From positions 94,940 through 158,939 of the forward strand of contig JBCBUK010000010.1 of the NCBI GenBank assembly GCA_039818205.1: a stretch of DNA of 64,000 nucleotides, written 5' to 3'. Numbering within the stretch: position 1 is the stretch's first letter; each line of letters opens with the position of its first letter. Shown here piece after piece: positions 1 through 9,154 of this stretch. The DNA is from Verrucomicrobiota bacterium. GTDB taxonomy: Bacteria; Verrucomicrobiota; Verrucomicrobiia; Opitutales; Cerasicoccaceae. The position numbers and the translations under genes were made by a program. The notes below the pieces were generated by a model. The model was not told where the DNA came from. It saw nothing but the letters and a program-made list of their open reading frames with translations, and searched no databases.

Positions 1-1
1 T

Positions 2-766
2 TTGATCTGCACAGAGATTATCCCAAAGACATTAGGCGCTAGATATGCTCAGTTTTTTGCACCCTTTGTTTCGTGGTTCTTGCCGGGCTTGATAGGCCTC
101 CTGAGCCCTCTGGTTTGGTTCAGCAAGAAGATCACGCGCCTTATTACCCGCGGTGATGCTACAGTAGCGCATACTGATCGCGATGAGCTCATGGCGATGG
201 CCAACCTGGGTGAGGAAGAAGGGGTGATTGATCAGCACCAGAAAAGCGTTTTTCAGAACATCCTGATGCTCGATTCAGTCAAAGTTCAGGACATCATGAC
301 GCCCCGGCCAGTCGTGTTTATGCTCTCTGAAGACACCACCGGATCTGAGTTTGTCCAGCTCACCCAAGACAAGCCGTTTACCCGCATACCGATCTATGGA
401 AAGACCAGAGATGAGGTGGCGGGATTTGTCGTGCGAGCGGAGGTGTTGAACAAGAAATTGGTTTCGCCGGACGAGTTTACGATCAAGGAGCTCAGTCGTC
501 CGATTAATGTAACGCCCGAAACCGAAGCCGTTGACTCATTGTTTCGTCGGCTTTCCAAGGAGAAGACCCACATCAATTTGGTTACTGATGACTTTGGTTC
601 TGTTTCGGGAGTAGTCACCTTTGAAGATGTTATCGAAACGGTGCTTGGGTTTGAGATCGTGGACGAAACCGATCTTCACCAGGACCTGCAAGCACTGGCA
701 CGGAAGCTGTGGCAGGCACGCGCAGAGCGCATGGGAATCTCGACCGAGAACGAGCCGAATGATTAG
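2..766 (+). CDS. CNNM/CorC/HlyC-family membrane protein with tandem CBS domains (5' end runs off the window)
   Basis: EIIPKTLG (DUF21/CNNM end), VQDIMTPR, FTRIPIY, VTDDFGSVSGVVTFEDVIETVLGFEIVDETD motifs typical of the family. Confidence 0.85.
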   Translation: MICTEIIPKTLGARYAQFFAPFVSWFLPGLIGLLSPLVWFSKKITRLITRGDATVAHTDRDELMAMANLGEEEGVIDQHQKSVFQNILMLDSVKVQDIMTPRPVVFMLSEDTTGSEFVQLTQDKPFTRIPIYGKTRDEVAGFVVRAEVLNKKLVSPDEFTIKELSRPINVTPETEAVDSLFRRLSKEKTHINLVTDDFGSVSGVVTFEDVIETVLGFEIVDETDLHQDLQALARKLWQARAERMGISTENEPND

Positions 767-1398
767 ATCGGACTTTCTCGGAACTGTGTTCTGAGGCGAT
801 CGTGGAACGCGCAAATATGCCTTGGATACATCTGGACAATTTCGAAGTGAGACGACGGTGAATTGATAGCTTTGAATCACAAGCGCGTAACCACCTATAT
901 CGGTTCTGCGCAATTGGAGATAAAATTTACGCCATTGACCATTGGCTGAGTCCCGGAAATTTGTTAAGCTATAAGTCTCCCCTGTTCGTCAGTCGATGGC
1001 ATCCGTTTGCCTGACGAATTTTGACTCCCCCATCTCATTATTACTGAATTTATCATGTAAACTAGTTACCCAATTCGGTTTGGGTAATCAGACGCTTTGG
1101 CTGCATCGGATTCCGAAACGTATCTCTCCTGGCAACCCTTGATCTGATTCTCCAGGCCTGACCGCCATCCCACTCCCTCTCCCATAGCGAGAGCCCTCTG
1201 CGGCTTGAGCATCTTATACCGGTAAGCATATGCGAACCGGCTCTGCCTACGTGTGCTTGTTGATATCAGTGTCGTGTTGGGCATGGGAGTAGAGGCGAGA
1301 ATCGGACTCGGTCAAATCAGCTCGATGCTGATGTATCACCGATGCTGGTCTGCAAACCCACTTACACCTCCAAAGAAATCATCACTACCAATAAATCT

Positions 1399-4300
1399 AT
1401 GAAAAAACTAATAAACCGCGTAATGCGAGCGCAGGCAATCGCCGGTGCTATCGTTGCTCTCGGTTTGTGCAGTTTAGGCTCCTCTGAGGCCTCTGCGCAA
1501 TCCGCGGCGGAAAACACGCCGACTGCTGGCGTTTATGGCGAAACAGCTGGTGCCAATACCTATCGTATGTGGCACAAAGTTACCGTAGCGTTCGCTGGAC
1601 CCAATACAGGTGAAAACGCCAATCCAAACCCGTTCACCAACTATCGGTTGAACGTCACGTTTACCCACCCGGCTTCGGGCCAGAGCATTGTGGTTCCTGG
1701 CTACTATGCGGCCGACGGCAATTCGGGTGAAACCTCGGCGACTTCAGGAAATATCTGGCGCGTGCATTTTCGGCCATTTGAAACCGGTACTTGGAACTAC
1801 TCCGCTTCGTTTCGAACCGGGAACAACGTCGTAACCAATACGAATGCGAATGCTGGTTCCCCAACATCGTTCAATGGTGCCACTGGTTCGTTCAACGTTG
1901 TGGCAACCAATAAAACTGGGCGTGACTTCCGTGCTCACGGGCGACTTGAGTACGTCGGTAAGCATCACTTGAGGCATGCTGGATCTGGCAAGTATTTCTT
2001 CAAGTATGGTGCCGACTCACCGGAAAATCCAATTGCCTATGTTGGCTTTGATAACACTCCTCTGTCACCGACGGACAACCGATCCGGCGTTCGTCATGTT
2101 TTCGCCCCCCATATACCAGACTGGAATACCGGTGACCCTCAGTGGAAGGGTACGCAAGGGCGCGGTCTCATTGGTGCCTTGAACTACCTGGCATCTGTTG
2201 GTGCGCATAGTTGGTCGACACTTGTTTACAGTATCGATGGCGGTGATGACCGTCGCATTTTTCCATGGACCGCTCAAAATACAAAAGTGCGGTTTGATTG
2301 CTCTAAGCTGGACCAATGGGCGATCGCGTTTAGCCACGCCAATAACAAGGGTTTGAATTGTACCATTAAGCTCGCGGAAGAAGAGAACCATCGTGATCTT
2401 ACCGGCAACAATCTCCATCTTCAGTATCGTGAGATGGTTGCACGGTTTGGACATAACCTTGGCGTCCAATGGGTCATCTCCGAAGAGTTTGGTGGGTTTG
2501 ACGGAACTGACGCCGCGGAGGTCGCCGACATTCGGGCCCGTGGTGATCTCCTTGCGAGCCTGGACCCTTGGGACAACAACCTGACAACACATACTGGACC
2601 TGGAGATGGAGCGCAAAATGGCGTCTATGGAGCTATCTATGGTCGCCCTGCCTATACGGGTGCTTCGATGCAAATCTCCAATGCCTCTACCCAAGCAAAC
2701 AAGGTCTTCAATCGGACATTGGTGATTCGCAATGCGTCCGCCAACAATGGCCAGCCATGGGTCGTTTCCAATGATGAACAGGGGCCCGCCAACCAAGGAG
2801 TCCGGGTTCAAAGTGCTACTGACCGTAAACATGTCCTCTGGGGGAACTTCATGGCCGGTGGTGCTGGCGTCGAATATTACATCAATATTGATGGAGCAAA
2901 CCTCGATGCAAACACGGAAGACTACCGGGTCATCAGCACGATGTGGACTTGGTCGGACTATATGGTCAACGACTTCATCACCGGAAATAACATTCCATTT
3001 TGGGATATGGCAAACGCCGACAATCTAACAACAACCAACAATAACCATTGCTTGGCTAAAGTAGGAGACACTTACGTGGTTCATCTTTATAACGGTGGAA
3101 CCACGAGCTTGAATCTTGGCGGTCAGACCGGGGATTTTGAGGTTAAGTGGTTTGACCCCCGTAATGGAGGAGCCCTTCAGAATGGCAGTGTTACCACGGT
3201 GACTGGTGGCGGGAATCGAGCACTTGGCTCGGCTCCGAATAACTCTGGTAGCGATTGGGCGGTGTTAGTTCGCCGATCGGGCGGCACACCTCCAGGAAAT
3301 GATTCACTCAGCTGTAGCACCTTACCATCGTCAATTAGCAACAGCGGTTCGGTCGATGTATCGATCAACTATGAAGCGGCGCAGGGGCGCGATATCGTGA
3401 TTGCCCTCTGGGATTCAGGATTTATCGCGAACCAAAGGATATCCGTACCGATTGGAAGCGGCGTTGCAACTGCGACGCTCAATCTTAGCGGTCTCAACTT
3501 GCCTGCTGGTTCAAACTATTCTTTCAGAGCGCTCTTGTGGGAAACGGGCCAAGATTGGGGAACCGCTCAACCACTGAGCAACTGTGGTGTAGTCCCGGTT
3601 ACTCTAACCGACGGAACTCCCCCGCCACCTCTGGAAGACTCCCTTAATTGTGCGACACTGCCTGCTTCGATCCCGAACACTGGTCTAGTCAACGTAACGA
3701 TCGATTATGAGGCGGTCCAAGGACGAGATATTGTGGTCGCACTCTGGAACTCCGGTTGGCTTGCTGCGAATCGCGTTGCCGTTCCCGCTGGGACTGGTAC
3801 GGCTACCGTTTCGGTGGATCTGAGTAGTCTCAACCTACCGGCAGGTAGCAACTATTCGTTTAGAGCGTTGATGTGGCAGACTGGAGAAACCTGGGGTGTC
3901 CCAGCCGGTGCGGTTCCATTGGCCAACTGCGGTGTTGTTCCAGTTACTTTGACCGACGGAACCCCACCACCTCCGCCGGGCGAAGATACACTGAACTGCA
4001 GTTCGTTGCCTGCGACCGTGGCGCCGAGTGCGAATGCCAATATCAGCATTGATTTTGAAGCGACCCAACAACGTGACGTGGTCGTTGCCGTTTGGACGAC
4101 TGCTGGTCAGTGGGTTGCTGCGAATCGGGTTACCGTTGCTGCTGGAACGGGAACCGCAACCGTCCCACTAAACCTTAGCAGCGTCACTCCGGGCAACTAC
4201 TACTTCCGAGCATACTTATGGAACGTCGGTGAGAATTGGGGAGTGCCTGCCGGGGCTGCACCCTTGTCCAGTTGTAATGATATACCGTTTACTCTTTCCA

Positions 4301-4764
4301 CCTCCGGTGGTGGAGGCGGCACGGTCGTTGAAACGCCAACCCAAGATGCCTACCTGCAAGGAACAACTCCATTCAATGACGCTAATCTGAAAGTTGAACC
4401 GAACTTCCGCACATCTTACTTAAAGTTTGATGTCAATGGAGTTGGAACAACGGTTACTGGATCGAAGTTGGTTCTCCAATCGACTGAGGCGGGTAACGGA
4501 ACGATTCGAGTATTCCAGGGCAATAGTAATCTCGGCTGGACTGAGGTAACTTTGACGGCTGCAACTGCGCCAGCCCAAGGTGCTGAACTCGGAACGGTTA
4601 CTGGCAATGTCGCTAACGGTAGCACTATCGAGATAGACTTGGGCACTTCGATCGGAAACGGAGAGATTACCTTGGTTATCACCATGGACGGCGGCGGCAA
4701 CGACGTCTGGTTCTCCTCTTCAGAAGGGGCGAATGCGCCCCGGTTGGAGGTAACCTTTCAATAG
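1399..4764 (+). CDS. Large secreted glycan-active protein: signal peptide, DUF5060-type N-domain, GH-like barrel, collagen-binding-like domain, 3 Cys-bracketed repeats, C-terminal CBM96/DNRLRE-like module
   Basis: ATG at 1399 gives MKKLINR...ASA signal. NPFTNYRLNVTFTHP / VPGYYAADG / WRVHFRP (DUF5060-like); VKWFDPRNGG...DWAVLV (collagen-binding-like); QDAYLQG...RTSYLKFDV...WTE...FSSSEGANAPRL (CBM96-like). Confidence 0.75.
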   Translation: MKKLINRVMRAQAIAGAIVALGLCSLGSSEASAQSAAENTPTAGVYGETAGANTYRMWHKVTVAFAGPNTGENANPNPFTNYRLNVTFTHPASGQSIVVPGYYAADGNSGETSATSGNIWRVHFRPFETGTWNYSASFRTGNNVVTNTNANAGSPTSFNGATGSFNVVATNKTGRDFRAHGRLEYVGKHHLRHAGSGKYFFKYGADSPENPIAYVGFDNTPLSPTDNRSGVRHVFAPHIPDWNTGDPQWKGTQGRGLIGALNYLASVGAHSWSTLVYSIDGGDDRRIFPWTAQNTKVRFDCSKLDQWAIAFSHANNKGLNCTIKLAEEENHRDLTGNNLHLQYREMVARFGHNLGVQWVISEEFGGFDGTDAAEVADIRARGDLLASLDPWDNNLTTHTGPGDGAQNGVYGAIYGRPAYTGASMQISNASTQANKVFNRTLVIRNASANNGQPWVVSNDEQGPANQGVRVQSATDRKHVLWGNFMAGGAGVEYYINIDGANLDANTEDYRVISTMWTWSDYMVNDFITGNNIPFWDMANADNLTTTNNNHCLAKVGDTYVVHLYNGGTTSLNLGGQTGDFEVKWFDPRNGGALQNGSVTTVTGGGNRALGSAPNNSGSDWAVLVRRSGGTPPGNDSLSCSTLPSSISNSGSVDVSINYEAAQGRDIVIALWDSGFIANQRISVPIGSGVATATLNLSGLNLPAGSNYSFRALLWETGQDWGTAQPLSNCGVVPVTLTDGTPPPPLEDSLNCATLPASIPNTGLVNVTIDYEAVQGRDIVVALWNSGWLAANRVAVPAGTGTATVSVDLSSLNLPAGSNYSFRALMWQTGETWGVPAGAVPLANCGVVPVTLTDGTPPPPPGEDTLNCSSLPATVAPSANANISIDFEATQQRDVVVAVWTTAGQWVAANRVTVAAGTGTATVPLNLSSVTPGNYYFRAYLWNVGENWGVPAGAAPLSSCNDIPFTLSTSGGGGGTVVETPTQDAYLQGTTPFNDANLKVEPNFRTSYLKFDVNGVGTTVTGSKLVLQSTEAGNGTIRVFQGNSNLGWTEVTLTAATAPAQGAELGTVTGNVANGSTIEIDLGTSIGNGEITLVITMDGGGNDVWFSSSEGANAPRLEVTFQ
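3298..4296 (+). repeat. Three intragenic ~110-aa repeats (DSLxC.xLP...YEAxQxRDIV...W...C) joined by Pro-rich linkers
   Basis: Repeat units start at about 3298, 3634 and 3982; each has one Cys near each end. Confidence 0.85.
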
Positions 4765-4810
4765 GTTCGCAAGCGTTCAGATTCGGGAAGGTTTTCTCGA
4801 TGCATTTATC

Positions 4811-4839
4811 AAGGCCCGCACTCGGTGCGGGCCTTTTTA
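4811..4839 (+). terminator. Rho-independent terminator
   Basis: aaggcccgcac-tcg-gtgcgggcctt stem followed by a T run, downstream of the 1399..4764 CDS. Confidence 0.85.
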
Positions 4840-4944
4840 TTGCGCTGAATTAAGTCGTTACACGGGCAAGGACCGGAACCTCAACGAATAACGATCGATT
4901 GTCTCGGTTGAAGCGGTATCTTGCATTCGCCTCTGCGGTATGGC

Positions 4945-6315
4945 TTAGACATCTTTTAGCTCCCGGAGTTTCTGCATTAAACGAAGGCTTAAGATCGCCG
5001 CTGCGAGCGCTAGTCCGCTGGCGAGCCCGCTCCACAGTCCAGAGGTTTGCATGTCTGCAAAGAAAGCCAAGCCGGCTCCCAGCGGTATCCCCACCAACCA
5101 AAAGCTGACAAAGATGATCAGTGTCGGCAGGTTTACATCCCGCAGGCCGCGCAATGCTCCCATACTAATTATCTGAATACCATCAAAGACTTGGAAAGCG
5201 GCGGCAATACCCAATAAAGCGGTCGCTAGCAAAACGACATCTGGGTCACGGCTAAATGCACTGGCGATCCAGTCTCCCCCAAATACGAATACCAAAGCGC
5301 AAAAAACCATTACGACCAACGTGCTTAGGTGTCCACCCAGTGCGATTTGCTTACAACTTGCCAGATCATTGGAGCCGAGCGCCTGGCCCACTCGAATGGT
5401 AACGGCCATGGATATCCCGAGTGGAATCATGAAGGTGAAGCTGGCACAGGAAAGTGTGATCTGATGCGCGGCGAGAGCGGCGCTGCCAAACTGGCCAATA
5501 AGTAACGCAGCCATCGCGAAGGCGCCGTACTCCATGACAAGCTGCCCAGAAATGGGTGCGGCAAGTCGAAGGGTTCGCTGGCAGGCGGAACGATTCCACG
5601 GGCCAATATATTTTAGTGGGCGCGTAGCGGACAAACGTGATGACTTTTGCAGGTAGAAATACAAGCCAGCCCAGCTTGCCAAGCGGGCAAGCAAGGTGGC
5701 GATTCCTGCACCCGCCAGTCCAAGTTGAGGTGCACCGAGTTGTCCAAAAATAAGGGCGTAATTTAGCCCGATGTTTAGGAGCACTGAGCAAAGCATGATC
5801 CAAAAAACGGACCACGGTTGGTTTTGAGCTTCAGCAAATTTTTTGATAGTCATCATCGGGAACGTCGGGACCAGCGACAGTGCCAACCAGAAGAGATACT
5901 CAGGCACAATTTCAATGACTTCGGCTGGCTGTTGGAACAAATGCAGGAATGGTATGCAGGCGATAAGCGCAACGGCCATTGTGAGGCCGAAAATCAGCGC
6001 TAGTAAATAGCCGTTACGGAATGCCTCCGTAGCTTGTCCGTTGTTTTGTGAGCCGTGGGCATGGGAAACCATAACTGCAACTGACGAGTACAGGCCGAAT
6101 CCCATGACGAAAGGAAAATGATGCAGCACGTTGCTGAACGCTGCGGCCGCCAACTCAACTGTGCCAAGGTGGCCGATCATCAAGGTATCAATCAAGCCCA
6201 TCAGTAAGTGGCTAAGCAGCCCGCAAGCGATGGGAAAGGCCAACTTCAGCGTTTGGTTGTTTTCTCTGATGATTGATTGCATGCGGCTTCTCAATAATGT
6301 GAATCGCTCATCCAC
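4945..6315 (-). CDS. MATE-family efflux transporter (NorM-like)
   Basis: LAFPI...DTLMIGHLG, LNIGLNYALIFG..G.P.LGLAGAGIAT, AAHQI, FQVFDGIQ..GALRG motifs; about 12 hydrophobic segments; alternative ATG at 6282. Confidence 0.92.
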   Translation of the reverse strand: MDERFTLLRSRMQSIIRENNQTLKLAFPIACGLLSHLLMGLIDTLMIGHLGTVELAAAAFSNVLHHFPFVMGFGLYSSVAVMVSHAHGSQNNGQATEAFRNGYLLALIFGLTMAVALIACIPFLHLFQQPAEVIEIVPEYLFWLALSLVPTFPMMTIKKFAEAQNQPWSVFWIMLCSVLLNIGLNYALIFGQLGAPQLGLAGAGIATLLARLASWAGLYFYLQKSSRLSATRPLKYIGPWNRSACQRTLRLAAPISGQLVMEYGAFAMAALLIGQFGSAALAAHQITLSCASFTFMIPLGISMAVTIRVGQALGSNDLASCKQIALGGHLSTLVVMVFCALVFVFGGDWIASAFSRDPDVVLLATALLGIAAAFQVFDGIQIISMGALRGLRDVNLPTLIIFVSFWLVGIPLGAGLAFFADMQTSGLWSGLASGLALAAAILSLRLMQKLRELKDV

Positions 6316-6379
6316 CCATCATGTTGGCATTGTGAGTATAATTTTGATCCATTCTTATAGTGGTTCAAATCCGGTTTGA

Positions 6380-6778
6380 ATGGTAGTGTGGGTCACGATG
6401 AACGGAAACAGAAGAGAAGAACGTCGAAAACAGCGGTTGATAAAGAATGGAGTAAGGGAGCTCTCACGCTATCAGAAGAGGCACGGGGTTACTTGCAGCA
6501 AAGCGGATGCTCAACATTTGAAAGTGCAGGTAGCCCACCCGCTTATCCGCATTCTTTCTACAATCTTTGGACTCATCTTAGTTGGAGTTTCTTCGTATAT
6601 GTTGGTTGAAGAGGCTAATCTTCTTCTGACGTGTGTACCTTTAGTGTTTGGAACTGCTTTCATTGTATTGGGAATTCGTGGCAGGAAGAAGGAGCTGGGC
6701 AAGTTCGCGGACGCTACTTTTGACGGTGGGGCAGAAGCCGTTTTGGAAATTGTAGGAGGAATGATTGATGGTCTATAA
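6380..6778 (+). CDS. Hypothetical membrane protein (basic N-terminus, two TM segments)
   Basis: 132-aa ORF filling the gap, with two hydrophobic stretches; alternative ATG at 6398. Confidence 0.55.
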   Translation: MVVWVTMNGNRREERRKQRLIKNGVRELSRYQKRHGVTCSKADAQHLKVQVAHPLIRILSTIFGLILVGVSSYMLVEEANLLLTCVPLVFGTAFIVLGIRGRKKELGKFADATFDGGAEAVLEIVGGMIDGL

Positions 6779-6799
6779 ATTTTCGGAGTGCACCGAGAT

Positions 6800-7900
6800 T
6801 CATTCGGGAAACAGATCCTGGTAGACTGGATGTTGGCGATGACTCTTCCCCCGGTAGTGCGAGCTGTGACGGCCGCAATGCGCGCCACCTGCGGTGTTCA
6901 GTGTGCCCGAAACATGGTAGTCAGGGTGGATTCTATCCTCGCTTAGAACGGTGCGGAAAGTGAGGTCCAATGTGTCGCCGGCTTCAACTGGAATACGACT
7001 CTCGAACAGTGGAAAATAGCTGGTTGCCTAATTGGATTTGTGATGGAGTGCGTCAAGCGGCTCCTGGTCCGGAAGGCATCGAATTTGCAACCAGGTGAGT
7101 AGGCCATCGACCATGCCAGGTCGTGAGATCGTCAGGCGAACGTTTGCCACCTGCTCAGTCTGCAGATTGCCATTGAAGTCTAAACGTTCTACAACGGCGC
7201 TGTCTGATATGATCGCATTCATATTTGGATTGGCGACACGTAAACGCACATCAAATGCCGCCCCGTTGCTGTCGAAGATCTGTTTCAGCTTCGGTAACGC
7301 GTCGGAAGTAAACGCAGCCTCTTTGTTGGCGAATAAGTCGGCGAAGTTAACCGCAGCGGCCTGGGTAAGGCAAAGGTCTGAAATTATTTTTGCGTCAATG
7401 GTGAGGTGACGTTGCTTTGCATCAGAAAGCACGGCTGCCGCGCCTTCAGCTCCGGGTAGTGAACCGATAATTTCTGCAACGCAAAGTTCTGCCTCTTGAT
7501 CGATGGTAAGTGACGTTGATTCCCCATGCAGCAGTGTGATTCGTTGACCATCCTCAATCGTCGATAATAGCTTTGATGCAGCTTGGTATGACTCCGACAT
7601 TGATTCGATCGCTAGAGCCCGATTGGCTCCCAACCGCAAACTCTCCCGTGCCCAGAATAGAAATGCACCGGTTCCGATATCGATGACTGTCCGGCCCGGG
7701 GCATATTTTTCCAATGCGTCACGGAATCTCCAATTGCGCTCGGCATCGCCTGCCATGACATCATACAGGGGCGCGTCGTAGATGGGATATTCGCCGAGTG
7801 TGGGCGTCAATGCGGGTCCGTCATCGATCGATCTGGGCTCGTCACCTACAAGGACTCCCGTTTGCCAGCCATCACCATAGATATATTGGACTTTCGGCAT
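6800..7900 (-). pseudogene. PRMT-like SAM-dependent N-methyltransferase interrupted by an in-frame TAG (7028-7030); frame continues 75 codons to TGA at 6800-6802
   Basis: GEYPIYD..LY..M..D..RN, VIDIGTG, AIE, CVAEIIG....EG and DGLLTWL motifs. Read-through gives ...HHKSN*ATSYFPLFESRIPVEAGDTLDL...IHPDYHVSG...HPVYQDLFPE, resembling the C-terminus of NRPS-associated PRMT-type methyltransferase domains. Confidence 0.8.
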
Positions 7901-8066
7901 TCTAGGCAAATAGTTGTTCCTGTGTTACTGAGATCACATGCAGTTTGATCGCCAAATAAAGAGAAATTAGCAAGGGCATTTGATCGGCGTCGATGGATTA
8001 GATTTCAGTTGAGTCCGCTGTACTTGTTAATCAGCTTAATCGACAGCTAAGAGTAATATTATTGAG

Positions 8067-9146
8067 ATGGAAACATTCGGGAAAGAGAAGGAGAAGCAGC
8101 TTACAACAACGAGCATAGTCTGCACTCACAATGAATGGGATACGTTGGAGGAGATAATCATCGGAAGGGCAGATTTTGCCCAACTGCCCAGAGATCTCGG
8201 AATTGACGCGCTATCTCAAGCAACGCCGGATATCTACAACGATATGGCCGAAAGGCATTTCCCTGAGCGCATCGTTGAGGAGACCGAGGAGGACTTGTCG
8301 ATTCTCGTGACCGAACTTGAGAAACTAGATATTCGTGTTCGCCGCCCAACCCCAATAGAATTTGACGAAACGATTAAGACTCCATTTTGGGAAAGCGGAT
8401 ATTTTTTCACTTATTGTCCGCGAGATGTTCTATTGTCGATTGGTGATATGATCATCGAGACTCCAAACGTTTTTCGTTCGCGTTTTTTTGAGGCGTGGGC
8501 CTACAAGGACATTCTGGTAGAATATTTGCAGAAAGGTGCGCGTTGGATTTCCGCACCGCCTCCAGCGCTTCGCGATGAGGTCTATAATTTTGACCAGAAG
8601 GCCGGCAGCGCGATAAACAATACTGAACCGTTGTTCGATGCGGCTAACGTTATCAAGGCAGGCAAGGACATCTTCTATCTGGTTTCCGACTCGGGAAATG
8701 AGCTTGGGCTCAAATGGCTTCAAGCGACTTTGGGATCCGAGTACCGAGTGCATGCTTGCCGCAATCTTTACTCGTCGGCCCATATCGATACAACACTGGT
8801 ATTGTTGCGTCCTGGGCTGCTGCTCGCCAATCCGGAGCGGGTCAATGAAGACAATCTGCCGGAGCCGTTAAAGGGGTGGGACATCATGTTTGCGCCAGAA
8901 ATGGTCGAACCTCACTATAGTGACCTAACGCCGATGGCCTCAAAGTGGTTTGGTATGAATGTACTGATGCTATCGCCAAGTTTGGCTGTTGTAGATCAGC
9001 ATCAGACAGCATTGGTTAAGCAACTGGAGAGTGCTGGCATCGAGGTGCTGCCGCTGCGGTTGCGACACGGCCGACAGCTTGGAGGTGGCTTCCATTGCGT
9101 AACGATGGATGTGCGACGTAACGGGAGCTTGCAGAGTTATTTTTGA
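8067..9146 (+). CDS. Amidinotransferase (glycine / inosamine-phosphate amidinotransferase family)
   Basis: HNEWDTLEEIIIG, YCPRD, FDAAN (Asp), SGNELG, HIDTT (His), LGGGFHCVTMD (Cys): catalytic triad motifs intact. Confidence 0.92.
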   Translation: METFGKEKEKQLTTTSIVCTHNEWDTLEEIIIGRADFAQLPRDLGIDALSQATPDIYNDMAERHFPERIVEETEEDLSILVTELEKLDIRVRRPTPIEFDETIKTPFWESGYFFTYCPRDVLLSIGDMIIETPNVFRSRFFEAWAYKDILVEYLQKGARWISAPPPALRDEVYNFDQKAGSAINNTEPLFDAANVIKAGKDIFYLVSDSGNELGLKWLQATLGSEYRVHACRNLYSSAHIDTTLVLLRPGLLLANPERVNEDNLPEPLKGWDIMFAPEMVEPHYSDLTPMASKWFGMNVLMLSPSLAVVDQHQTALVKQLESAGIEVLPLRLRHGRQLGGGFHCVTMDVRRNGSLQSYF

Positions 9147-9154
9147 TAGACCAG

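Noticed and set aside
7028..7030. Genome-wide TAG recoding or pyrrolysine as the explanation for the internal stop
   Set aside because: Many intact genes here end in TAG at their expected C-termini (e.g. 4764, 10489, 32698, 61580), and no pyl genes or suppressor tRNA are in the window
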